Position numbers and translations under genes: made by a program
Shown: piece after piece, positions 10,345 through 17,798 of the stretch
Numbering within the stretch: the first letter of the stretch is position 1
How the letters are laid out: the number at the start of each line of letters is the position of its first letter
Origin: an uncultured virus (IMG/VR IMGVR_UViG_3300046171_000218)
Taxonomy: Duplodnaviria; Heunggongvirae; Uroviricota; Caudoviricetes
Direction: 5' to 3' (one strand)
DNA: 64,000 bases
Virus record (IMG/VR): IMGVR_UViG_3300046171_000218
The notes under the pieces: generated by a model
What the model was told of the DNA's origin: nothing
Databases searched by the model: none
The model's input: only the letters and a program-made list of their open reading frames with translations

Positions 10345-10940
10345 TTTTGAAAAACTGATAATTTTTTTAAATCTGGATAATCTTCAAACGTCCACTCTCT
10401 TGAAGGACGATTTCTGACATCTGATAGTTTTTCAATGCCTAACATCGCAGTCTCTGGAGTCATATAATAATGATATCCTATTGTATCGATATTTTGCTCC
10501 GCCCATGGTTTTGATAAATCTCTACCATCGTATGACATTTTTTTAAGAATATCATAGTCTTCTTTGTTCTGTAAAAGAATAGATCCACCTCTACCAAGAC
10601 TTAAATGTTTTTTAAATTGAAAACTTAAACACATAAACGTATTCTCTATGTATCCGTTCTCTTCCCAGTAAACTGCAGCATCAATTATATTAGTGCCTTC
10701 TAGATAATAGAAATTTTTCCATTCTTTATATTCAAAATTCCACTTTAAATTTAATTTCTCAAACGTGAAAGGAACTGAGATGTAAGTATGATTAGGAATA
10801 GTAATATTATTAAATTTTTTATATCTTAAACAAAGTTCTATGGCATGTGTACAGCAATCTGTTACGACTGCATATGGGGCACCATAGAACTTTGCCAATT
10901 CTTGTTCAAACTTTTCTACATGTTCAAACATTTTTACCAC
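10341..10940 (-). CDS. Short DegT/DnrJ/EryC1/StrS-family PLP aminotransferase
   Basis: FEQELAKFYGAPYAV..CTHAIEL, IIDAA, LSFQFKKHL (Schiff-base Lys position), GRGG, GYHYYM. Confidence 0.8.
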   Translation of the reverse strand: MVKMFEHVEKFEQELAKFYGAPYAVVTDCCTHAIELCLRYKKFNNITIPNHTYISVPFTFEKLNLKWNFEYKEWKNFYYLEGTNIIDAAVYWEENGYIENTFMCLSFQFKKHLSLGRGGSILLQNKEDYDILKKMSYDGRDLSKPWAEQNIDTIGYHYYMTPETAMLGIEKLSDVRNRPSREWTFEDYPDLKKLSVFQK

Positions 10941-11569
10941 TCCAGTGCTTCTGCAATAGAAGGGAACTGTTCTTTAAAGACACGCTTAGCATCATTAGCG
11001 ATGTCCATGTGCTCCTTTTGTGTGCCGTTTGCAGAGCGCAAATCAATGTAATGGATCCATGAGCGGATAGAACCCGTCATGTAGAGTCTGGTGGGCACAG
11101 CGAGGGGAAGGACGAAGCGAGCACACTCCTTAGCGATACCTTCACGAAGAAGTTCATTATACAGATCCATACCCTCATTGAAATAGTTTTCAATGCGTTT
11201 CTTTAAAAACTTAGTTTGTTCTGGATCGATATCATCAATAGAGTTCTGACGATTCTTTTCATCCTGACGACGAAGTTCGGGAATAGGAATACCAGCATCT
11301 AACCAGTTCACATCAGCATATCGTTGTGAAAATTCCTGATATGTAAAACTCCTATGCCGAAGCACCTGAGCCGCGATACCACGACTGGTGTTCAGTTCCA
11401 GAGTCATGAATGCCTGTTCAAAAATACTCCAGTGCTGATGTTTGATACAGTATTTCAACAATCCAGAGAACTTTTCATTCTCTTGATTTTGAGGATTACT
11501 TACGCGAGCACAATATGCAATGTGTTTCTCCGCATCAGGAGTTACACTGATCAGTTTTACGTCGTTCAC
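10934..11569 (-). CDS. thyX: Flavin-dependent thymidylate synthase
   Basis: HWSIFEQ, QVLRHRSFTYQEFSQRY, ECARFVLP, GTQKEH motifs. Confidence 0.97.
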   Translation of the reverse strand: MNDVKLISVTPDAEKHIAYCARVSNPQNQENEKFSGLLKYCIKHQHWSIFEQAFMTLELNTSRGIAAQVLRHRSFTYQEFSQRYADVNWLDAGIPIPELRRQDEKNRQNSIDDIDPEQTKFLKKRIENYFNEGMDLYNELLREGIAKECARFVLPLAVPTRLYMTGSIRSWIHYIDLRSANGTQKEHMDIANDAKRVFKEQFPSIAEALEW

Positions 11570-11698
11570 TTTTTTTCAGTACCTTCTTCACTAGTTTAGC
11601 ATACATTACATCTTCTTGGGTATACCAGTCTGGATGTTTTTTTGCACTTTTGATTATTTTTTTAGCTGCTTTCTTTGCAGATTTTTCTTCCATAGAAG

Positions 11699-11872
11699 TT
11701 AATCGGGATAACCGTCATCGTCATCAAAGATCTCATCGTAATCAGTTATAACTGCACTACTTTCACTATTATATTTAGATACGTCAGAATATACCTCAGA
11801 CTCCAGTGCCTCTACTAGAGACTTAAGATTGCGAACAATCAGTTTCAGTCGCTCTTGCTGTTCTGCTTCCAT
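11699..11872 (-). CDS. Small conserved cyanophage protein (57 aa)
   Basis: Manual translation MEAEQQERLKLIVRNLKSLVEALESEVYSD...DDDDGYPD. Confidence 0.7.
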   Translation of the reverse strand: MEAEQQERLKLIVRNLKSLVEALESEVYSDVSKYNSESSAVITDYDEIFDDDDGYPD

Positions 11873-11919
11873 TAAAAAGGGGGGCGAGTGCCCCCATTAT
11901 AACATATTAAGATTGCAAG

Positions 11920-12078
11920 TCAATTAAATACTTTCCATTTTGGTATGCCTAGAGATTTTAGAAAAACCCACTTAGCATATGTAACGCCACGATATGTCAG
12001 AAGTCTGAAGACTTTATCTGGATCATGTACCTCTGGATTGTACTCTGGAAGATCATATTCTACTTTGATCTTCAGCAT
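11920..12078 (-). CDS. Small protein with LTYRGV motif (DUF4278-like, 52 aa)
   Basis: Manual translation MLKIKVEYDLPEYNPEVHDPDKVFRLLTYRGVTYAKW...; GAGGAGG RBS. Confidence 0.65.
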   Translation of the reverse strand: MLKIKVEYDLPEYNPEVHDPDKVFRLLTYRGVTYAKWVFLKSLGIPKWKVFN

Positions 12079-12089
12079 TTAATTCCTCC

Positions 12090-12185
12090 TCAAGAGTGTT
12101 GAAGAAGAACGATTTCACCATAAAGTAGAGCCATAGTTGCAACACATGCAAAGGTAATTACGCCTGTGATTTGTAGTGCTTCCAT
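12090..12185 (-). CDS. 31-aa single-TM peptide
   Basis: MEALQITGVITFACVATMALLYGEIVLLQHS; GAGG RBS. Confidence 0.55.
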   Translation of the reverse strand: MEALQITGVITFACVATMALLYGEIVLLQHS

Positions 12186-12192
12186 AAGTGCC

Positions 12193-12357
12193 TCACTTAG
12201 TATAAGTGCGTCCACGATAGCAGAATGTGCCATGTGGTACTTTGCCTGACTTACGAACTTCACATTCTACACCACGATATTTGGTGAGAGTGATTTGTGA
12301 ATCATGAAGAGCAGCCTGCTTGTTGATCTGCTCTTTAATAAGTTGAAGGGTGTTCAT
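12193..12357 (-). CDS. DUF4278-like small protein with two YRG motifs (54 aa), directly downstream of the glutamine riboswitches
   Basis: MNTLQLIKEQINKQAALHDSQITLTKYRGVECE...FCYRGRTYTK; AGGAG RBS. Confidence 0.75.
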   Translation of the reverse strand: MNTLQLIKEQINKQAALHDSQITLTKYRGVECEVRKSGKVPHGTFCYRGRTYTK

Positions 12358-12415
12358 TTGTTTTCTCCTGAAGTGGGTGATTTTGCTCCTTTAACCCCGT
12401 AGGGTGATCCGAGTT

Positions 12416-12460
12416 CCCGTTCCTTCAGTCGTTTGCGTCCGTCAAAGACGGATGAACGAT
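12416..12460 (-). ncRNA. glnA-type glutamine riboswitch aptamer 2
   Basis: ATCGTTCA-TCCGTC-TTT-GACGGA-CGCAA-ACGACT-GAAG-GAACG: P1 CGTTC/GAACG, P2 hairpin, GAAG E-loop strand. Confidence 0.8.
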
Positions 12461-12696
12461 CCGTTCCGCGACTTACTTGCGTCTCATGTGTATGCTCCCT
12501 TACATTCCCCCGCGACTTTCGATCTAAGGTAACCTATAAGATTATACTTAGATTGGCGATCAAGATTGGAATCCATTTGAATTTCAACTGATCGTTGTAG
12601 AAACCTTTCACAAGACATATGCCAATCGTAAGGATTGGCGTCATTATGATGGGCAAGGGTTAATGCCAGTAAGATACTGAGCATGAGATGAACGAC
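12461..12696 (-). ncRNA. glnA-type glutamine riboswitch aptamer 1 with a 193-nt ORF-containing P2 loop
   Basis: 5' half GTCGTTCA-TCTCATG (12696-12682); 3' half CATGAGA-CGCAAGTAAGTCG-CG-GAACGG (12488-12461). Confidence 0.7.
12484..12684 (-). CDS. 66-aa protein with signal-peptide-like N-terminus, nested in riboswitch aptamer 1
   Basis: MLSILLALTLAHH... hydrophobic leader, two Cys; open from ATG 12684 to TGA 12484. Confidence 0.7.
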   Translation of the reverse strand: MLSILLALTLAHHNDANPYDWHMSCERFLQRSVEIQMDSNLDRQSKYNLIGYLRSKVAGECKGAYT

Positions 12697-12702
12697 AAGT
12701 GT

Positions 12703-12731
12703 ATACTACACTATCAATTCTATTTAGTCAA
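12703..12731 (-). promoter_or_regulatory. Sigma70-like promoter (TTGACT-17-TAGTAT, extended TG) with overlapping late-type CTAAATA
   Basis: -35 at 12731-12726, -10 at 12708-12703; predicted start falls at the 5' end of aptamer 1. Confidence 0.65.
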
Positions 12732-12742
12732 ATGTGTTGGTA

Positions 12743-12985
12743 TCAACACGAACATTTATAGTTGATCTTGTTAAGATAATTCAGTGTCTCTTTGAGACTT
12801 CCACGATGCTTCACTCCGATAGCAATCTGTGGGTACTCCGCACCTTCTCCAAACTCTGCTCTGAATTGTGCTTCAGTAAAGTCTACATCTAAAAGATATT
12901 CATGGAAATCATTATGAATACTTTTCAAAAGCATAGCAGCTCTTTCACATTCTTGATTTCCGTTACTGTAGATCCATGCTTGCAT
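12743..12985 (-). CDS. Glutaredoxin-fold protein lacking CxxC
   Basis: MQAWIYSNGNQECERA...FG..AEYPQIAIG.KHRG; start at 12985 avoids overlap. Confidence 0.65.
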   Translation of the reverse strand: MQAWIYSNGNQECERAAMLLKSIHNDFHEYLLDVDFTEAQFRAEFGEGAEYPQIAIGVKHRGSLKETLNYLNKINYKCSC

Positions 12986-13025
12986 TACTTTTTCTCCTGA
13001 GGATGATTCTTTTGTATTATGTATT

Positions 13026-13691
13026 TTATGAATAAGTAATTTTGCACGTCTTTGGTAAAGGAAAAGAATAACTATTATCCAGAAAATTTCCAAATAAATC
13101 AAAAGTAATAATACATCTCACTGATTTTGTTGGACTTGATGATGCATGATAATGCCTTCCATCAAAAATCAAAACTCTGCCCTTCTTTGGAGTGACTCTG
13201 TGAGTTATATTCAAGTCACAATATTCATCCGGATATTGTTCTTCATAAGGAATATCATCCATTGTTTTGTCATATAAGATAGTATCGCCATCAGAATCAT
13301 TTACATAATAAAGCAACACTAAATGTGGAACATCACGATTTACATGGATTGTGTTTTTTCTAGTTTTGTTGGGTATGAAAACTTGTATAGCACTATAACA
13401 TCTTTCTATTTTTTCAATATTAAAATTAATTTTATTACATGCAGCATGTATTATCAAACGTATTTTTTCAAATGACTTTGAATTTGAAGGATTCAATAAA
13501 TTAGCAATGAAAGTTGGAGCAATGTCATATTCTAGAGGATTTACAAATTGACGATATTTAGAATCTGAAGATTTTGATCCAAGAACATTATCATTTTTAA
13601 AACTCCAGTTAACGTCAAACATACAATCTTCTATCTGATCCTGATAATCTTTAACAAATAAATCATCCAATATAATAGGCAGTGATGTCAT
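13026..13691 (-). CDS. 2OG-Fe(II) oxygenase-like protein
   Basis: IHVN, LLYYVNDSDGDT, PKKGRVLIFDG..YHASSSP...RCII. Confidence 0.8.
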   Translation of the reverse strand: MTSLPIILDDLFVKDYQDQIEDCMFDVNWSFKNDNVLGSKSSDSKYRQFVNPLEYDIAPTFIANLLNPSNSKSFEKIRLIIHAACNKINFNIEKIERCYSAIQVFIPNKTRKNTIHVNRDVPHLVLLYYVNDSDGDTILYDKTMDDIPYEEQYPDEYCDLNITHRVTPKKGRVLIFDGRHYHASSSPTKSVRCIITFDLFGNFLDNSYSFPLPKTCKITYS

Positions 13692-13832
13692 TTCTTTCTG
13701 CAGTTATACTCGATTACAATTTTTTCGTGTTCGGTAGTTTTATCACAGCAAATATAATGCTTTGCTTCCCCACCCAAGATTTTACACACATTATCTATCT
13801 GAGTTTTAACAGCAAATTTTTTAAAGTCGTCG

Positions 13833-14147
13833 TCAATCACGTTGTCTCCAATCATCAGGTTTATCTTGCTTGAACCAATCTACGATTTCATCTGCACCAT
13901 CGAATCCCGTTTTATAATTGGATGGATCGGGATCACCTAGTCCCATCCTATTCATAAAATCATCAACAGTTCCCTCCTCAATATCGTGAGCGGCTTGACG
14001 ACGTGCTTTATTCAACCAATCCCTAGCAAGGGTGTGTGCCTTGGCAAGTTTTTCTGCCCAAATCATATCCTCTAGTGGAACATCTTCTTTGTTGGCAATG
14101 CAACGGCAGATAGACTCCAGACGAAGGCGGTATGCGGTGGAAAGCAT
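13833..14147 (-). CDS. Conserved cyanophage hypothetical protein
   Basis: MLSTAYRLRLE.IC...DMIWAEKL...DDWRQRD. Confidence 0.75.
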   Translation of the reverse strand: MLSTAYRLRLESICRCIANKEDVPLEDMIWAEKLAKAHTLARDWLNKARRQAAHDIEEGTVDDFMNRMGLGDPDPSNYKTGFDGADEIVDWFKQDKPDDWRQRD

Positions 14148-14148
14148 G

Positions 14149-14346
14149 TTAGTTCGTTTTGAGTTTGTCTTTTAGATCTAAAACCTTATTGACTTCATCA
14201 ATAGCAGAAGTCATCCTCGCACCAAGGATATCCATGATATCACTGTAGATTATTTCATTATCCACGTAGTCATCGAAGTAAGTGTCGATTGCTTCTTTGA
14301 GATATCTTTTTCGATGCCACTCAGGACTGTAAGGTTTGTAAGTCAT
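14149..14346 (-). CDS. Hypothetical protein
   Basis: YKPYSPEWHRKRYLKE; in-operon. Confidence 0.7.
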   Translation of the reverse strand: MTYKPYSPEWHRKRYLKEAIDTYFDDYVDNEIIYSDIMDILGARMTSAIDEVNKVLDLKDKLKTN

Positions 14347-14379
14347 AATTAAGGTATCATGTGGATATTTAGTTATTGA

Positions 14380-14706
14380 TCAACGCTCAATGTAACTAAG
14401 GTTATGGTTCTTGGATTTTAACTGATAAATGATAATATCGCAACCTATCTTAGGTTCAGCGTCACCACATGTAAATATATCCACCGCTGCTTCTCCTTTT
14501 TCAGGCCAAGAATGAATACTGATATGACTCTCAGAGAGAAGACAAACAGCAGTTACGCCATGCGGTTCAAACTTTTTTGAAATAGTCTGAATAACAGTTG
14601 CACCGCTTGCCTCAGCAGCGATCTCCAACAATTCTCTTAGATAAGTTTCGTTATTAAGATAACAAAACTCACATCCATAAAGATTAAGGAGGTAATGCTT
14701 TCCCAT
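14380..14706 (-). CDS. speD: Pyruvoyl-dependent S-adenosylmethionine decarboxylase proenzyme family
   Basis: GKHYLLNLYGC, FEPHGVT, LLSE/SHISIHSWPE self-cleavage site, DIFTCG. Confidence 0.9.
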   Translation of the reverse strand: MGKHYLLNLYGCEFCYLNNETYLRELLEIAAEASGATVIQTISKKFEPHGVTAVCLLSESHISIHSWPEKGEAAVDIFTCGDAEPKIGCDIIIYQLKSKNHNLSYIER

Positions 14707-14924
14707 TATTCTATTGCTTCTGAGTCGATACCATATTTGTTAACCAAGCGATCAACTTCTGTTTCGATTCCGGAGAGTTTAGATAATTCAGCGATATTTG
14801 ATTTTTGAAATTTCTTTAGTTTTTTGTATTTTTTGATGAGTTTTCCAACTTCATCAGTGTCTATTTCAAACCTAACGTTTCCTTCTTTATCAGAGTCGTT
14901 GGTAAATCCTTTGAACCCACTCAT
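14706..14924 (-). CDS. Hypothetical protein
   Basis: Start taken at MSGFKGF; abuts speD. Confidence 0.55.
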   Translation of the reverse strand: MSGFKGFTNDSDKEGNVRFEIDTDEVGKLIKKYKKLKKFQKSNIAELSKLSGIETEVDRLVNKYGIDSEAIE

Positions 14925-15193
14925 TATTTTTTCTTCTTTTCTTTTGGGGGAGGATTGCCCCAAAGTTTTGGATTAGCCCTTCCCTCAGATTGTACCATGG
15001 TTACAAAATTCTCTCTATACTTATCATAATAAGCATCAAAGATTTTTGATTGTTTTGCTGCAACAACTAAATCGTAGTGCTCTACATCATCTACCTTATA
15101 TGTGACAAGGTAGCAACTATTAGGAAGATCCGTTTTGTTATCCACATTAGGATCACAATCCTCTTTAATAATCTTCAACTGCGTCCACCCCAT
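14924..15193 (-). CDS. Conserved hypothetical protein
   Basis: DCDP...LP..CYLVTY...IFDAYYDKY...NPKLWG. Confidence 0.7.
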   Translation of the reverse strand: MGWTQLKIIKEDCDPNVDNKTDLPNSCYLVTYKVDDVEHYDLVVAAKQSKIFDAYYDKYRENFVTMVQSEGRANPKLWGNPPPKEKKKK

Positions 15194-15741
15194 TGAATGT
15201 CAGGATATGCCTGTTTCACTACATCATAAGTGATTTTGTATTTCTCTGCAAGTTTTTTGTCCTTTACTAGACAAAGAACCTCAGCTTCCCGTGGATGCAA
15301 ACCACGAAGGAGATTGATAAACATCATCTCTCTACGAATGTTACTGAGAGAATCATTACCACCTTTTACAAAGTTGTAGAGGTTTTTATATTCTCTACGT
15401 AGTGAAGTCTTACCTCTACCGTCTAAATCTTGTCCTGTCGCAGACTCTCCACCCTTTGCTTCCCGTGCCAGATTTTCAGATAAGGTTCCAGAGTAAACAG
15501 ACTGATCATTGCCGTCTGCATATGGAACCTCACCTTCAGGAACAAGACTGACAACAGTCTCATCAAAGTTCCAAATAAGAATGCTTTTTAATGCATCATT
15601 TTCGTATTCTTGAAGAACCTCAACTTTCTTTGCTTTAGCTCGTTGCTTACTTGCAAGTTCAAGAATTTCAAAAAGAAAAGGGTTGGGTGGTAACTCAACC
15701 TTCGTCTTCGTCTTCGTCGTAGTCGCCATAATCGTTTTCAA
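15175..15741 (-). CDS. Conserved T4-like hypothetical protein
   Basis: LIWNFD...PEGEVPY...LYNFVKGG...RREMMFI.LL.GLHP.EAE. Confidence 0.8.
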   Translation of the reverse strand: MKTIMATTTKTKTKVELPPNPFLFEILELASKQRAKAKKVEVLQEYENDALKSILIWNFDETVVSLVPEGEVPYADGNDQSVYSGTLSENLAREAKGGESATGQDLDGRGKTSLRREYKNLYNFVKGGNDSLSNIRREMMFINLLRGLHPREAEVLCLVKDKKLAEKYKITYDVVKQAYPDIQWGGRS

Positions 15742-16015
15742 ATCGTACTGCTACTATTTCATCGGGAAGAATATTCCCATTTTCATCAAACATTTCGGGA
15801 TGTATATACACTGGTTGTGTAGCGTAGACATGTTCTTTTGCCAACCATCCTACCATACCTCCAACAAAAAAGAACATTATTGATACCAATGTCCCAATCG
15901 TTAATGTTACTGCTAACATTTTCCCGTCCTCCGAGAGTCTATCTTTTCCGAATATCCAAATAAAAATTGAAGTGGAAAACAAAATCTCTCTTGAAGAGAG
16001 AAACCATGTTTCCAA
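15695..16015 (-). CDS. Hypothetical membrane protein (start probably at MLAVTL)
   Basis: TM segment followed by HPEMFDENG. Confidence 0.65.
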   Translation of the reverse strand: METWFLSSREILFSTSIFIWIFGKDRLSEDGKMLAVTLTIGTLVSIMFFFVGGMVGWLAKEHVYATQPVYIHPEMFDENGNILPDEIVAVRFENDYGDYDEDEDEG

Positions 16016-16166
16016 ACCTTACCTGGAAAGTTTTGGGCGGTTCTGCTCTCCTCCTATTTCTAAGTAATAACTCTACCCCACGATTAAGATGGGGATCTGA
16101 TTTATTTAGAGCGTTTAGTTCTCCGTCCTGGCCTTCTATCATAACTATACCTTTCAGCGTCTTCAA
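15939..16166 (-). CDS. Hypothetical protein
   Basis: LNRGVELLLRNRR motif; start uncertain. Confidence 0.55.
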   Translation of the reverse strand: MKTLKGIVMIEGQDGELNALNKSDPHLNRGVELLLRNRRRAEPPKTFQVRFGNMVSLFKRDFVFHFNFYLDIRKR

Positions 16167-16500
16167 GGATACCTTCTAAAAATTTTTTGATTTTTCTTGC
16201 TTGTGGTTTGGGAATATGTCCATAAGCTTCACGAAGTTGCTTATGTTCATTATCCTGTCCACCTTTTAAATATTCATCCAATTCAAGGATAAGATCTTTG
16301 ATTTCTTTAGAAGTGCTACTCGCGATAAATTCATCAGCATCCTTTCTCTTTGCACCAATAACCCTAAGATAATCATACAATTTCAACTGAAATTTCTGTT
16401 GCTCAAAAGCAACATCAATTGATTGTTCGACGACTTCGTAGACTTCTTGATCCATTAAACCAGATTGTTTTCTCTTAAGTACTTGACTGTTTCTTGACAT
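16102..16500 (-). CDS. Conserved hypothetical protein
   Basis: GG...HKQLREAYGHIPKPQARKI. Confidence 0.75.
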   Translation of the reverse strand: MSRNSQVLKRKQSGLMDQEVYEVVEQSIDVAFEQQKFQLKLYDYLRVIGAKRKDADEFIASSTSKEIKDLILELDEYLKGGQDNEHKQLREAYGHIPKPQARKIKKFLEGILEDAERYSYDRRPGRRTKRSK

Positions 16501-16694
16501 CCACCAATTAAATCATCATTAAGTACAACACGAGGAAAAGTAGATCCTTTTCCAAACTTTTCGTAAAACTCTGCTCCAGTAAAGTCCCTACCCAATTTAT
16601 ACTCTACAAATTGTTGTTCTGCAAGTCCGAGAGCAGCGATTACTTTAGTACAATAGGGACAACCAATCTTTGTGTAAACTGAAAAACTTTTCAT
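16455..16694 (-). CDS. nrdC: Glutaredoxin
   Basis: GCPYC active site, TFPRV, IGG. Confidence 0.9.
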   Translation of the reverse strand: MKSFSVYTKIGCPYCTKVIAALGLAEQQFVEYKLGRDFTGAEFYEKFGKGSTFPRVVLNDDLIGGCQETVKYLRENNLV

Positions 16695-17335
16695 TTTTTA
16701 ACGGACTCCCAATCTTTGTCGAAAATTTCCAAACCTTTGTCAGTGAGAATGTGATCATACATTTGATCAAATACCTTTGGTGGCATTGTACAAATCTCAG
16801 CACCATTATACCACGAACGAATTGCTCTCTGAACACTACGAATAGATGCAGAAAGAACCTGAGTCTTCATTCCATGAATACGATACAACTCTGAAATAGA
16901 GCGCACAACTTCAAGTCCTGCTACTGACTGATCGTCCAAGCGTCCTACAAATGGAGAAACATAAGTAGCACCCGCTTTGGCAGCCAGAACCGCCTGTGAG
17001 GCGCAGAAGATCAAAGTGACGTTCACCTTAATACCCTGCTCTGAAAGACGCTTACAGACGATTAAACCATCTCTAGTGCAAGGAACTTTGATGGTAGCAA
17101 CCTCACCAAATTTTTCATAGAGTCTGATACCTTCATCATACATTTCTAGATCAGTACCAACGACTTCCATGCTGATGTCTTTGACACCCATGTCCTTGAT
17201 TGTTTGGTAAACGTCCTCTGGATTTTTACCACTCTTCATAATGAGAGTTGGATTAGTAGTTACGCCGTCTACTAACCCCGTAGAAAAATACTTTGCGATC
17301 ACATCTGTGTCCGCAGTATCAAGAAAAATTTTCAT
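16691..17335 (-). CDS. talC: Transaldolase (TalC/Fsa family)
   Basis: MKIFLDTAD, GVTTNPTL, IKVP, NVTLIF, YVSPFVGRLDD, LSASIR. Confidence 0.97.
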   Translation of the reverse strand: MKIFLDTADTDVIAKYFSTGLVDGVTTNPTLIMKSGKNPEDVYQTIKDMGVKDISMEVVGTDLEMYDEGIRLYEKFGEVATIKVPCTRDGLIVCKRLSEQGIKVNVTLIFCASQAVLAAKAGATYVSPFVGRLDDQSVAGLEVVRSISELYRIHGMKTQVLSASIRSVQRAIRSWYNGAEICTMPPKVFDQMYDHILTDKGLEIFDKDWESVKK

Positions 17336-17526
17336 TTAGACAGATACTCCTTCTCTGATTTATACAAGAACGATTTTTCCTTGTCAAAAAACATTGTAAT
17401 ACCAACATGAAGTTCTGGCAATAACCATTCATGAACAGGCAAACAATATTGCCAATTGGCAGGTTGAATACAATTCATAACAACCACTGTCCAGAATGCT
17501 GAAACATGATTAATAATTGTAAGCAT
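17332..17526 (-). CDS. Hypothetical protein
   Basis: FWTVVVMNCIQP.NW.YC; overlaps talC start. Confidence 0.65.
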   Translation of the reverse strand: MLTIINHVSAFWTVVVMNCIQPANWQYCLPVHEWLLPELHVGITMFFDKEKSFLYKSEKEYLSK

Positions 17527-17585
17527 AAAAAAAGAGGGGGTTATCCCCTCTAGTGTATCATATAAAAAAATGAATTTAATAATTT

Positions 17586-17798
17586 TTACTTGTCTTCATA
17601 TAGTTTTTCCAGTCTTTCTCTGGACAGATCTACGTACATTACCTCATCTCCTTCTTTTGGTGCCTCTGGATGTTTTGGTTTAGGAGATTCATCCATCATC
17701 ATATTGATGGATTGGATGTTACTCCACATCATCGCAAAAGCACCACCAGCAATTATAGCAAAGCAAACAAAGTAGAAGAAGACTTCAAAGTTGTTCAC
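17586..17798 (-). CDS. Small membrane protein (DUF2973-like)
   Basis: TM helix, then [10 protein letters not shown]. Confidence 0.6.
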   Translation of the reverse strand: MNNFEVFFYFVCFAIIAGGAFAMMWSNIQSINMMMDESPKPKHPEAPKEGDEVMYVDLSRERLEKLYEDK

